The translations under genes and the position numbers were made by a program. From Planctomycetota bacterium (GTDB lineage Bacteria > Planctomycetota > UBA1135 > UBA2386), in contig OZ245006.1 of the NCBI GenBank assembly GCA_965223545.1, positions 7,488,001-7,552,000 of the forward strand: a DNA stretch of 64,000 bases, given 5' to 3'. Positions 1-11,054 of this stretch are shown here, one piece after another (position 1 is the first letter of the stretch; every line of letters starts with the position of its first letter). The notes beneath the pieces were generated by a model, which made no database searches, was not told the origin of the DNA, and saw only the letters and a list, made by a program, of their open reading frames with translations.

Positions 1-2
1 GC

Positions 3-59
3 TCTTGCGCGATCGGGCCGAGCGAGCTGTCCAACGCGCTGCGCGTCACCGTCGAGTGA
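3..59 (+). CDS. 3' end of an upstream gene (partial), ending in the shared C-terminal motif SNALRVTVE*
   Basis: The frame starting at nt 3 reads SCAIGPSELSNALRVTVE then TGA (57-59), matching the SNA-x-x-x-T ending of other secreted proteins here. Confidence 0.55.
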   Translation, partial: SCAIGPSELSNALRVTVE

Positions 60-148
60 TCGCCGGGAGGAACCCGGTAGCGGGCCAACGAGTGGCATTT
101 TCGCTGGCTCGGATCCGCTGGTGGACCGCCGGCGGGTAGGCTCGGTGC

Positions 149-3013
149 GTGCAGTCTCACCGACCCCGAAGCGTTCTCCCCATCGCCGCCGCCGTCTTGG
201 CGTGCTGTGCCGCGGCGCAAGAGGCGGCGCCGCCGCCGGCGGACCCGGTGCGGAGCGCGCTCGCCGCGTTGACCCTCGAGCAGAAGGCCGGCCAGCTGTT
301 GATGGCTTGGAGCCTCTCCAGTTCCGAGGGGCAAGAAACAGCCCGCGACCAGCTGCGCTCGTGGCTCGACGAGGTCGAGCTGGGCGGCGTGGTGTTGTCG
401 CTGGGCCACGTCGACGAGGCCCGGGCGTGGGCGGTGGAGCTGCAGCGGCACAGCCGGTTGCCGCTGCTGATCGCCGCCGACTTCGAGGCCGGCGTCGCCT
501 TTCGCCTCGAGGGTGGCACGGATCTCGGTTCCAACATGTTGTTGGGAGCCGGGGGCTCGGTCCAGCTGGCAGAGGAGAAGGGGAGGATCACCGCGAGGGA
601 AGGGCTCGCGCTGGGCGTGCACTGGGGCTTTGCGCCGGTGCTCGACGTCAACGTCAACCCGCGCAACCCGATCATCAACGTGCGCTCGTTCGGCGAGTCG
701 CCCGCGCTGGTCGCCCGCATGGGCGCGGCGTTCGTGCGCGGCATGGAGGGGGCCGGAATGCTTGCCACCGCCAAGCACTACCCCGGCCACGGCGATGTCG
801 CCTCGGACTCGCACCTGGTGATGCCGACCGTGATCGGCGACCGCGCGCGCCTCGACGCGGTCGAGCTGCCGCCGTTCCGCGCGGCGATCGACGCCGGCGT
901 CAGCGCGATCATGACCGGTCACTTGGCGGTGCCTGGCCTCGGTGAGGAGCCCGGCACGCCGGCGACCCTGTCGGTGCCGATCCTCACCGGCCACCTGCGC
1001 GGCGAGCTGGGGTTCGACGGCATCATCGTCACCGACGCGCTCGACATGGGTGGCGTGCGCAAGAGCATCCCGTCCGAGGAGGCCGCGGTGCGTGCGCTCG
1101 CCGCCGGGGCGGACTTGCTGCTGATGCCCACCGATCCCGTCGCGGCGCGGGCGGCGATCGTGGCGGCGGTGCGCGAAGGTCGCGTTTCCCCGCAACGCCT
1201 GGACGAGGCGGTGGGGCGGCTGTTGGCTGCAAAACAGCGGCTGGGCCTGTCGCTGCAGCGCGCGGCGGAAGTCGCGGCGCCGGCTCCCGCGCAGGAGCTC
1301 GCCGAGGCCTCCGACTCGGCCGCCGCAGAGACCGATGCGATGGTGGGCAGCGACGCGCACCGGGCGGTGGCCAAGCGGATCGCCGTGCGCGGCGTCACCT
1401 TGGCGCGCGATACCCACGGCTTGGTGCCGCTGCCGTCGGTCGAGGGCCGCAAGGTGATGGTCACCGTGCTCGATCGAGACGACGCCGGCGCCGGCGAGGG
1501 CTTTCGCGACTACATGCGCGCGCAGCTGGGGGCCGACCTCGAGTGGCATCGGCTGCACGCGGAGAGCGAGGCCGAGGCCGTGCAAGCCGCGGCGGCCGCC
1601 GTGGCCGAGGCCGAGCTCGTGCTGGGAGCGCTCTATGTTCGGGTGCGCAGCTACAGCGGTGCGATCGGCATGCCGCCCGCGCTCGGACCGGTGACCGAGG
1701 CGTTGGGCGCCGCCGGCCGCGCCGTGGTGGTTTCGTTCGGCAACCCCTATCTGCTGGCCGAGCTGGGTGAAGTCTCGACCTACCTGTGCGCCTACAACGG
1801 CGGCGAGCACACCGAGTCGGCGGTCGCTGACCTGCTCGCGGGCTACGGTCCGGCCACCGGGCGGCTGCCGGTGACGCTGCCCGACCTCGCCGAGCGCGGC
1901 ACCGGCTTGACGGTGCTGCCGGGCCGCGACCTCGGCGAAGCGCTGCCAACGGACGAGGGCTTTGCCGCCGATCTCGAGCAGCGCGTGCGCGCGGTGCTCG
2001 CCGCCGGGGTGGCGCGCGGTGCGTTCCCCGGCGCGGTCGCGCTGGTGGCGCGCCGCGGGCAGGTCGTGGTGGAGACCGCGGTCGGGTCCGAGAGCTACGC
2101 CGCGGACGCCCCGCCGGTGACGGTCGGCGCGCGGTTCGATCTGGCGTCGCTGACCAAGGTCTGTGCGACGACGCCGGCCACCCTCCGGCTCGTCGACCGC
2201 GGTGCCCTGCAGCTCGACCAGCCGGTGCACGAGCTGGTCGAGTCGTTCGGCGGCGAGGACAAGCGAGCGGTGACCGTGCGCCACCTGCTGACTCACAGTG
2301 CCGGCCTGATGGCGCACCAGCACTTCTGGGAGGAGCACGAGGGCGCCGGCGCCATCGTCGAGGCTGCGGCGGGCCGGCCGCTGGAGGCTGCGCCGGGCAG
2401 TCGCGAGCGCTACAGCGACCTCGGTCTCATCCTGCTGATGGCGTGCGTCGAGCGCGCCGCCGGGGCGCCGTTCGAGCAGGTCGTGCGCGACGAGGTGCTG
2501 CAGCCCCTCGGCATGCAGGGCGCCGTGTTCTCGCACTCGGGCCAACCGATCGACGCCGTGCCGACCGAGGCCTGTGCGTGGCGCGGCCGGGTCGTGCGCG
2601 GCGAGGTGCACGACGAGAACGCCTTCGCGATGGGGGGCGTCTCCGGCCACGCCGGTCTGTTCGGCACCGCGCGCGACGTGGCGCGGGTCGGCGTCGCGTT
2701 CTTGAGCGGTGGCCGGGGGTGGCTCTCGCCGGCCCTGACCCGGCACGCGACGCGCCGCGCGGGGTTGGTCGAGGGCAGCAGCCGGGCGCTGGGCTGGGAC
2801 ACCTACGTGCCGGGGGGCGCCGGCGGCCACCTCCTGTCCGCCGACGCGTTCGGCCACACCGGTTTTACGGGGACATCGATCTGGTGCGATCCGCGCACCG
2901 ATCTATGCCTCGTGCTGCTGACCAACCGCGTGCACCCGACGCGCGACAACCCGCAGATCACCTCTGTTCGGCAGGCGTTCGCCGACACCGTGGTCGAGGC
3001 GTTGGAGCCGTAG
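149..3013 (+). CDS. Secreted GH3 beta-N-acetylglucosaminidase (NagZ-like) fused to a C-terminal beta-lactamase-like serine hydrolase
   Basis: Signal peptide; GH3 motifs ADFEAG, FAPVLDVN, RSFGE, KHYPGHG-x4-DSH, TDALDM; C-terminal SxxK (ASLTK), LLTHSAGL, YSD, GHTGFTG. Confidence 0.9.
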   Translation: MQSHRPRSVLPIAAAVLACCAAAQEAAPPPADPVRSALAALTLEQKAGQLLMAWSLSSSEGQETARDQLRSWLDEVELGGVVLSLGHVDEARAWAVELQRHSRLPLLIAADFEAGVAFRLEGGTDLGSNMLLGAGGSVQLAEEKGRITAREGLALGVHWGFAPVLDVNVNPRNPIINVRSFGESPALVARMGAAFVRGMEGAGMLATAKHYPGHGDVASDSHLVMPTVIGDRARLDAVELPPFRAAIDAGVSAIMTGHLAVPGLGEEPGTPATLSVPILTGHLRGELGFDGIIVTDALDMGGVRKSIPSEEAAVRALAAGADLLLMPTDPVAARAAIVAAVREGRVSPQRLDEAVGRLLAAKQRLGLSLQRAAEVAAPAPAQELAEASDSAAAETDAMVGSDAHRAVAKRIAVRGVTLARDTHGLVPLPSVEGRKVMVTVLDRDDAGAGEGFRDYMRAQLGADLEWHRLHAESEAEAVQAAAAAVAEAELVLGALYVRVRSYSGAIGMPPALGPVTEALGAAGRAVVVSFGNPYLLAELGEVSTYLCAYNGGEHTESAVADLLAGYGPATGRLPVTLPDLAERGTGLTVLPGRDLGEALPTDEGFAADLEQRVRAVLAAGVARGAFPGAVALVARRGQVVVETAVGSESYAADAPPVTVGARFDLASLTKVCATTPATLRLVDRGALQLDQPVHELVESFGGEDKRAVTVRHLLTHSAGLMAHQHFWEEHEGAGAIVEAAAGRPLEAAPGSRERYSDLGLILLMACVERAAGAPFEQVVRDEVLQPLGMQGAVFSHSGQPIDAVPTEACAWRGRVVRGEVHDENAFAMGGVSGHAGLFGTARDVARVGVAFLSGGRGWLSPALTRHATRRAGLVEGSSRALGWDTYVPGGAGGHLLSADAFGHTGFTGTSIWCDPRTDLCLVLLTNRVHPTRDNPQITSVRQAFADTVVEALEP

Positions 3014-3017
3014 CGCG

Positions 3018-3710
3018 ATGCGGGTCGTGGTGCGGTGCTTTGCCAGCGTGCGCGAGCTGCTGGGCGGCGACGAGCTCGAGGTCGAGCTGCCGGAGGGCGC
3101 CACGGTGCGCGACCTGCGCGCGCGGCTGTGCGCGCAGGCGCCGGACTTCGAGCGGCTGCGGGTGACCTGCGCGGTCAATCGCGACTACGCCACCGCCGAG
3201 CACGTGCTGGCCGACGGCGACGAGGTCGCGTTCATTCCGCCGATCAGCGGCGGCAGCGCGGCGGCGCTGTTCCGCTTCGACCTGGTCGAAGGCGCGCTCG
3301 ATCCGCGCGCACTCGAGCGCGAGGTGCGCACCGACGAGGATGGCGCGGTGGTGACCTTCGCCGGCGTGACCCGCAACCACAACGAGGGCAGCGCGGTGGC
3401 CGGTCTGCGCTACGAGGCCTACGCCGAGATGGCGGAGTCCGTCATGCAGCGGCTGTTCGAGGACGCGGTGCAGCGGTTCGCCGTCAGCCGTGCGCGGGTC
3501 GCGCACCGGCTCGGCGAAGTGCCGGTCGGCGAGGCCTCGGTCCTGGTGGTGGTCGCGGCGCCGCACCGCGGCCCGGCGTTCGACGCCTGCCGCCACCTGA
3601 TGGACCGCATCAAGAGCGAGGTGCCGATCTTCAAGCAGGAGCGTCTGATCGGCGGTGACGGCGAGCAGCGCTGGGTGGGGGACCTGCCGGCGGGCCGCCC
3701 CGAGGTGTGA
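3018..3710 (+). CDS. Fused molybdopterin synthase MoaD-MoaE (MoaX-like)
   Basis: N-terminal MoaD (FASVRE, AVN, DGDEVAFIPPISGG) followed by MoaE (GAVVTFAGVTRN, LRYEAY, HRLG, APHR, VPIFKQE). Confidence 0.92.
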   Translation: MRVVVRCFASVRELLGGDELEVELPEGATVRDLRARLCAQAPDFERLRVTCAVNRDYATAEHVLADGDEVAFIPPISGGSAAALFRFDLVEGALDPRALEREVRTDEDGAVVTFAGVTRNHNEGSAVAGLRYEAYAEMAESVMQRLFEDAVQRFAVSRARVAHRLGEVPVGEASVLVVVAAPHRGPAFDACRHLMDRIKSEVPIFKQERLIGGDGEQRWVGDLPAGRPEV

Positions 3711-3713
3711 GCC

Positions 3714-5030
3714 GTGGCCGAGCGGTCAGCTTCGCGGCGGCGGCTCGGCGTCGTGTCCTTGGCGGCGGTGGTGGTCGGCAACATGGTCGGCGCCGGCGTG
3801 TTCACGACGTCGGGCTTCGCGCTCGCCGATCTCGGTTCGCCGGGGCGCGTGCTGGCCGCTTGGGGCGTCGGCGCCATCGTGGCGGTGGCGGGCGCGCTCT
3901 GCTACGGCGCGTTGGCGGTGCGCCTGCGCGAGTCGGGTGGTGAGTACCTGTTCTTGTCGCGGACCCTGCATCCCGGCGTCGGCTTCGTCGCCGGCTGGGT
4001 GTCGCTGTGGGCGGGGTTCACCGGCGCCATCGCATTCGCCGCGGAGACGGCGCAGAGCTACCTCTCGCCGTGGCTGCCGCGGCCGCTGCAGGGCGATCCA
4101 TGCGGCAGCCTGCTCATCCTCGGCGCCGGCGCGCTGCACGCGGCGCGGCTGGCGGCGGGCACTCTGGTGCAGAACGTCTTGGTCGCGGTCAAGCTCATCG
4201 CCCTGCTCGCCCTGGTCGCGTTCGGCGCCTGGCACTTGCCGGACCTGGCGCCTCCGGCGGCGCTGCCGCCGTGGTCGTGGGGGGCGTTTGCGGTGACGCT
4301 GACCTGGGTCTCGCTCAGCTACTCGGGCTGGAACGCCGCCGTCTACGTCGCGGGTGAGGCGCGCGCGCTCGACCGCGCCCTGCCGCGGGCGATGCTCGGG
4401 GCGACGCTGCTGGTGAGCGCGCTCTACCTCGCGCTCAACGCCGTGTTCGTCGCCGCCGCACCGGCCCCAGACTTGGCGGTGCCCGACATCGCCGCGGCCG
4501 CCGCCGGCGCGCTCGGCGGAGCCCCCGCCGCGGCCGCGGTGCGCGCGGTCGTCGCACTGGCGTGCACGACGTCGATCTTCTCGATGGTGATGGCGGGGCC
4601 GCGGGTCTACGCGCGGATGGCGGACGACGGCGTGTTCCCGCGCTGGCTGCGCTTCCGCGGCGAGGTGCCGCGCGCCGCGGTCTGGCTGCAGGTCGGGCTG
4701 TCGGTGGCGGTGCTCTGGGCGAGCGGTCTGCGCGCCCAGCTCAGCAATCTCGGCTGGATCCTCAGCCTCGGCACCGTCCTCGCGGTGATCGGCCTGTGCG
4801 TTCTGCGGCGGCGCGAGGGCCCCGTTGCCGTACCGATCCCCGGCTATCCATGGGTGCCGCTGGGTTTCGTCGCCGCCACCCTCGGCGCCGCCGTCGGCAT
4901 GGTGCTGGTGCAGGCCGCCGCGGTGCTGCCGGCGGTGGCGGTGCTCGGCAGCGGTGTCCTCGTCTACGCGTGGTTCGCGCGGCGGGCCGCCCCCGCCGGC
5001 GGCGTCACTGATCGTTCTCGATCTTCTTAG
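3714..5030 (+). CDS. APC-superfamily amino acid permease
   Basis: About 12 hydrophobic segments; GNMVGAGVF, SGGEYLFL, YSGWN motifs. Confidence 0.88.
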   Translation: MAERSASRRRLGVVSLAAVVVGNMVGAGVFTTSGFALADLGSPGRVLAAWGVGAIVAVAGALCYGALAVRLRESGGEYLFLSRTLHPGVGFVAGWVSLWAGFTGAIAFAAETAQSYLSPWLPRPLQGDPCGSLLILGAGALHAARLAAGTLVQNVLVAVKLIALLALVAFGAWHLPDLAPPAALPPWSWGAFAVTLTWVSLSYSGWNAAVYVAGEARALDRALPRAMLGATLLVSALYLALNAVFVAAAPAPDLAVPDIAAAAAGALGGAPAAAAVRAVVALACTTSIFSMVMAGPRVYARMADDGVFPRWLRFRGEVPRAAVWLQVGLSVAVLWASGLRAQLSNLGWILSLGTVLAVIGLCVLRRREGPVAVPIPGYPWVPLGFVAATLGAAVGMVLVQAAAVLPAVAVLGSGVLVYAWFARRAAPAGGVTDRSRSS

Positions 5031-6192
5031 CGACCATCTCGACGGTGCGCATCACGTCCTCGCCGAGGTCGAGCTCGCCGGTGGCGGCAAGGGTCTTCTT
5101 GGCCTTGTCGCGCTTGCGGTTCAAGAGCTCGGTCTGCGCCAGCACGCACAGCCGCTGGCCGAGCGCGTCGTCGGAGCGTTCGAAGCCGTCGCCATCGGCA
5201 CCGGCGTCGACGGGCTTGGCGCGGGCCTTCTTGGTCAGCGCCACCGCTTCTTGCGCCAGCTCGAGGGCGAACTTGCGCTCGACCGACGAGATCCGCTCGG
5301 CGTTGTTGACGGCCCACCCCGCCAGCGCGTTGCACCACTGGGCGCGGTTCTCGTCGGCGACGTCCTTCAGCGAGTGCTCCACGGCTTCGCGCGCGGCGGC
5401 GACGTCGCCGCGGTTGGCCTCCATCTGGGCCAAGTTGCGCCAGGCGGAGAACCGCACGGTGCGCTGCGGGCAGCTCCGCGCAAACGCGTACACCGGCCCC
5501 AAGTCCGCCATCGCCAGCCCGGCGCGAGCCTCGTCCGGCGGCAGCTGCTGCAAGTGGCCGACGGTGGCCTGCACGAGGTCGCCGAAGCGTAGCTGGGCGC
5601 CGGGCAGGCTCTTGCCGTCGGGGTCGAGCTCGCGGATCTTCTCGGTCTGGGCGTTCTCCTCCTCGGTGAGGCCGAGCTCCTGCAGCTTGCCCACCAAGAG
5701 CCAGCGCACGTCGAGGCCCTCCTCGGAGGTCGGCTCGTGCTTGCCGAGCTCGGTGCGCAGGCCGGTCAAGGTGCCTTCCGCGCGGCGAATGCGCGCCACT
5801 TCGCGCTCGAAGTCCTCGAGCGGCACGAAGCCGGTCATGATGTCCTCGGGCTGTCCGTCGGCCCGCAGCACGAGCATCGTGGGCAGCGTCTGCACGCTGT
5901 AGCGCTCGAACAGGGCGGCGGTGTCGGTGTCGTGCTTGGCGCTGAAACACACCATTCCGTCGAGCGCGGCAGCCGCGGCGTCGGTGTTCAGCGTTTCCTG
6001 GTAGAGCTTGCCGCAGTAGTCACTGCCGTCCGCCCAGAAGTAGACCAGCGCCAGGCCCGACTTCTGACCGGCCAGCTGCAATGCCTGGTCGAGCGAGCCG
6101 TAGTGCCATTCGATGCCGCCGCCGCAAGGCGGCGCCGCGGTCAGAGTGGGAGAGAGAAGAGTGCACAGGAGTGCGAGTCCGGTTCGGTTCAT
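5005..6192 (-). CDS. Secreted thioredoxin-fold protein with helical/TPR-like C-terminus
   Basis: Signal peptide MNRTGLALLCTLL; W-x3-LDQAL, VYFWADGSDYC (SxxC in place of CxxC), YSVQTLPT cis-Pro motif. Confidence 0.65.
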   Translation of the reverse strand: MNRTGLALLCTLLSPTLTAAPPCGGGIEWHYGSLDQALQLAGQKSGLALVYFWADGSDYCGKLYQETLNTDAAAAALDGMVCFSAKHDTDTAALFERYSVQTLPTMLVLRADGQPEDIMTGFVPLEDFEREVARIRRAEGTLTGLRTELGKHEPTSEEGLDVRWLLVGKLQELGLTEEENAQTEKIRELDPDGKSLPGAQLRFGDLVQATVGHLQQLPPDEARAGLAMADLGPVYAFARSCPQRTVRFSAWRNLAQMEANRGDVAAAREAVEHSLKDVADENRAQWCNALAGWAVNNAERISSVERKFALELAQEAVALTKKARAKPVDAGADGDGFERSDDALGQRLCVLAQTELLNRKRDKAKKTLAATGELDLGEDVMRTVEMVAKKIENDQ

Positions 6193-6422
6193 CGGGTTCG
6201 TCGAGTCATCGGGTTCGTCGGGGTCATCGCCCGGCGGGAGTGCGGGCACCGAGATCCGGGATGCCGCGCCGCCGCGCGGGGACTCGGGAATATGTGGGGG
6301 GTGCCCTTGGCCACCGCCGCCGGCGCAAAAGGCGTGGAGCCATTCCCGGCCGGCCGCTACCCTGCGCCGCCGAGCGGCCGAGCCGGCAAGAGGTGGCGGT
6401 TCCTGCCGAGGAGAACGTGTCG

Positions 6423-7919
6423 ATGAAGATCCGTGTGTCCGCGAGCGCCGAGGTTTCGGCGAAGTCCGATTTGGTGTTCGGCTTGGCGTTCGAGGGCAAG
6501 ACGCCGCAGCTGGGGTCCTCGCTGCAGGGCGCGGTCAAGGCGGCCAAGGCCACCGGCGACCTGGCGCCCGCTTTCCGCCGCGTGAGTGTGTTCTATCCGC
6601 GCCGCGAGGCCGGTGTGCGCCGCCTAGGGTTCGTCGGCATGGGCGCGGTCGGCGATGTGTCCACCGACCGCCTGCGGCGGGCGGCCGCGCTGGCGCAACA
6701 GCGCGCGGAGCAGCTCGGCGTGCGCGAGTTCGGCATTGTCGTCGGTGCGGCCGATCACAAGAAGATCGGCGCCGAGGCCGCCGGGGTGGCGGTTGCCGAG
6801 GGCTTGGTGCTCGGCGCCTACCGCTTCGAGCCCAAGCGCAAAGAGAAGCCGAAGCCGCGCAAGGGACAGGCCGCGGTCGTCTACTACCGGGGCGCCGCCG
6901 GCGACGGCAAGGCGTTCCGCGCGGGCTTCACCCGCGGCAAGTCGACCGGCGAGGGCACCGCCTTCGCCCGCGACCTGGGCAACCGGCCCGGCAACGAGTG
7001 CACGCCGACCTATCTGGCGAGCCAGGCGAAGAAGCTGGCGGGCACGGGGCTGTCGGTCAAGGTGCTCGAAGAGCGCGACATGAAGCGCCTGGGCATGGGG
7101 GCCTTGCTCGGCGTGTCGCGCGGCAGCGTGCAGCCGGCCAAGCTGATCGTCCTCGACGCCAAGCCATCGCGCGGCGCGGCCAAGCGCACGGTCTGCGTCG
7201 TCGGCAAGGGACTGACCTTCGACAGCGGCGGGATCAGCATCAAGCCATCGGCGAAGATGGACGAGATGCGCTACGACATGTGCGGCGGCGCGGCGGTCAT
7301 GGGGCTGTTCCACGCGATCAAGAACGGCGCCCTGCGCGGCGGCCGCACGCGGGTCGTCGGCGTGATCGCGGCGAGCGAGAACATGCCCGATGCCGACGCG
7401 CAGAAGCCCGGCGACGTCGTCACCGCGTGTGACGGGACCACCATCGAGGTGCTGAACACCGACGCGGAGGGCCGGCTGATCCTCGCCGACGCGCTCGCCT
7501 ACGCGGTCAAGACCTACAAGCCCGCGATGATGGTCGACCTGGCGACGCTGACCGGGGCGGTCGTGGTCGCCCTGGGCCACGAGATGTTCGGCGTGATGGG
7601 GGACGACACGGTCGCCGAGGCGGTGATCGCGGCCGCGGCCGAGGTCGACGACCCGGGCTGGCGCCTGCCGCTGTGGGACGTCCACAAGGAGCAGATCAAG
7701 AGCCAGTTCGCCGACATCGCCAACCTCAACAGCCCGGCGCACGGCAACGGCTCCACCGCCGGCGGCGCCTTCTTGTCGCGCTTCGTCGGCGATGTGCCGT
7801 GGGCGCACCTCGACATCGCCGGCTCGGCCTGGGGTGGCCGCGCCAAGGACTACTACCGGGGTGGTGCGTCGGGTTCGGGTGTTCGGCCCTTGGTCCAGTG
7901 GATCCGCGGCTTGGATTGA
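6423..7919 (+). CDS. pepA: Leucyl aminopeptidase (M17)
   Basis: VGKGLTFDSGG, MRYDMCG, NTDAEGRLILADAL, DLATLTG, WAHLDIAG; start chosen at ATG 6423. Confidence 0.95.
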   Translation: MKIRVSASAEVSAKSDLVFGLAFEGKTPQLGSSLQGAVKAAKATGDLAPAFRRVSVFYPRREAGVRRLGFVGMGAVGDVSTDRLRRAAALAQQRAEQLGVREFGIVVGAADHKKIGAEAAGVAVAEGLVLGAYRFEPKRKEKPKPRKGQAAVVYYRGAAGDGKAFRAGFTRGKSTGEGTAFARDLGNRPGNECTPTYLASQAKKLAGTGLSVKVLEERDMKRLGMGALLGVSRGSVQPAKLIVLDAKPSRGAAKRTVCVVGKGLTFDSGGISIKPSAKMDEMRYDMCGGAAVMGLFHAIKNGALRGGRTRVVGVIAASENMPDADAQKPGDVVTACDGTTIEVLNTDAEGRLILADALAYAVKTYKPAMMVDLATLTGAVVVALGHEMFGVMGDDTVAEAVIAAAAEVDDPGWRLPLWDVHKEQIKSQFADIANLNSPAHGNGSTAGGAFLSRFVGDVPWAHLDIAGSAWGGRAKDYYRGGASGSGVRPLVQWIRGLD

Positions 7920-8989
7920 CCCTGCTCCTGGCCGCGCTGCCGGCGGCCTGCCGCGGTGAGGCCGATCCGCGGGCGGCGCCGCCGGCGTTCGCCGAGGAGC
8001 TGTCCGGGCGGGCATGCGTAGTGGCCTGGAGTCCGACCGGTGCGCCGATCCCGCCGCCGGTGCACGCGCTGGTGGCGGCGTTGCCGGCGGAACTCGGGTT
8101 GCGCGCGGTGCAGCACCGCGACGCGTTGGTGCTGGAGTCGCCGGCCGACCTGGCCGTCGGTTGGCCGAGCCTCGCCGAGTCGCGGCTGTTCCAGCGTGCT
8201 CTGGGCGGGCTCGCCGCCGCGGGCGCCGAGCCGGGCGCCGCGTCCATGTTGGTCTACGTCGACCTGCAGCAGCTCGTCGAGCTCCTGCGCCGCGCCATGC
8301 GGCAGAGCATGCGCGGATGGCAGATCGATCGGCTCGAGCGCGGCCTGGGTCTGCGTGGGCTCGACAGCTTGGCGCTGGCGGCGCGGCAGCGCGACGGCGC
8401 GCTGCAGGGTGCCGGCGTACTGGCGACCACCGGCAGCGAGCTGGGCTTGCCGGGAGCGCTGACCGCGGCGGCGCCGGCGCGCATGGGGGCCGCGCGGGAC
8501 GGCGGTGCGCGCGTGCAGATCGAGCTGTCGTGCGCCGATGAGGTGTTGCCGCGCATGGCGCGGGTGATGTCCGATCTCGGCGACGGCGCCTCGCTGTTCG
8601 GCGGGGTCGCCGCTGCGCCGCTGGCGTCGGCCTACGGCGTCGTCCGCCACTTGGCTGGCCGGGCATCGCTGGTGTTGCGTGGACGCGCCACACCGACTCT
8701 CACCGCGGCGGTGGCGGTGGGCGACGAACCGGGCTTGCGCTCCGCCCTGCGCGACCTGCCGATGCTCGGCGGCGCGCGGGGGGCGCTGCCCGGAGTCGAG
8801 ATCGACGACGGATGGATGTTGTTGGGGCCGGGCGCCGACGTGCCGCCCGAGTCCGGCGAGGAGCGTGCGGGACCGTGGTTGTCGGTCTGGGCGGAGTGGC
8901 CGTTGTCGGGCGCGGTCGAGCTGCGCGCGGAGGTGCACGTCGAAGGCGCGCGCGCGGATCTGGCCCACCTGCGCTGGCGGCTGTGGTGA
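7898..8989 (+). CDS. Hypothetical protein, possible lipoprotein
   Basis: Overlaps the pepA stop; N-terminus [12 protein letters not shown] is lipobox-like; start uncertain (7898 or 7916). Confidence 0.5.
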   Translation: MDPRLGLTLLLAALPAACRGEADPRAAPPAFAEELSGRACVVAWSPTGAPIPPPVHALVAALPAELGLRAVQHRDALVLESPADLAVGWPSLAESRLFQRALGGLAAAGAEPGAASMLVYVDLQQLVELLRRAMRQSMRGWQIDRLERGLGLRGLDSLALAARQRDGALQGAGVLATTGSELGLPGALTAAAPARMGAARDGGARVQIELSCADEVLPRMARVMSDLGDGASLFGGVAAAPLASAYGVVRHLAGRASLVLRGRATPTLTAAVAVGDEPGLRSALRDLPMLGGARGALPGVEIDDGWMLLGPGADVPPESGEERAGPWLSVWAEWPLSGAVELRAEVHVEGARADLAHLRWRLW

Positions 8990-9059
8990 ACTGCCGACGC
9001 CCCGGCGGCGGGTCGGTTTTTGCGCCGCCGGCGGTGGCGTGCCGGGCTATAACGCGGCG

Positions 9060-10977
<1,918 letters not shown>

Positions 10978-10985
<8 letters not shown>

Positions 10986-11048
10986 AGGTACGGAGCCAGG
11001 CTCCGTACTCGACACACCGGTGAGGGTACGGAGCCAGGCTCCGTACTC
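10978..11048. repeat. Two tandem copies (38-bp period) of a REP-like palindrome GTACGGAGCC-A-GGCTCCGTAC
   Basis: Perfect 10-bp inverted arms at 10988-11008 and 11026-11046, between convergent acs and the KaiC-like gene. Confidence 0.9.
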
Positions 11049-11054
11049 ACGTAC

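Noticed and set aside
1950..3013. Beta-lactamase resistance determinant
   Set aside because: The SxxK domain is fused to NagZ and has an HTG motif, fitting an AmiE/esterase-like hydrolase
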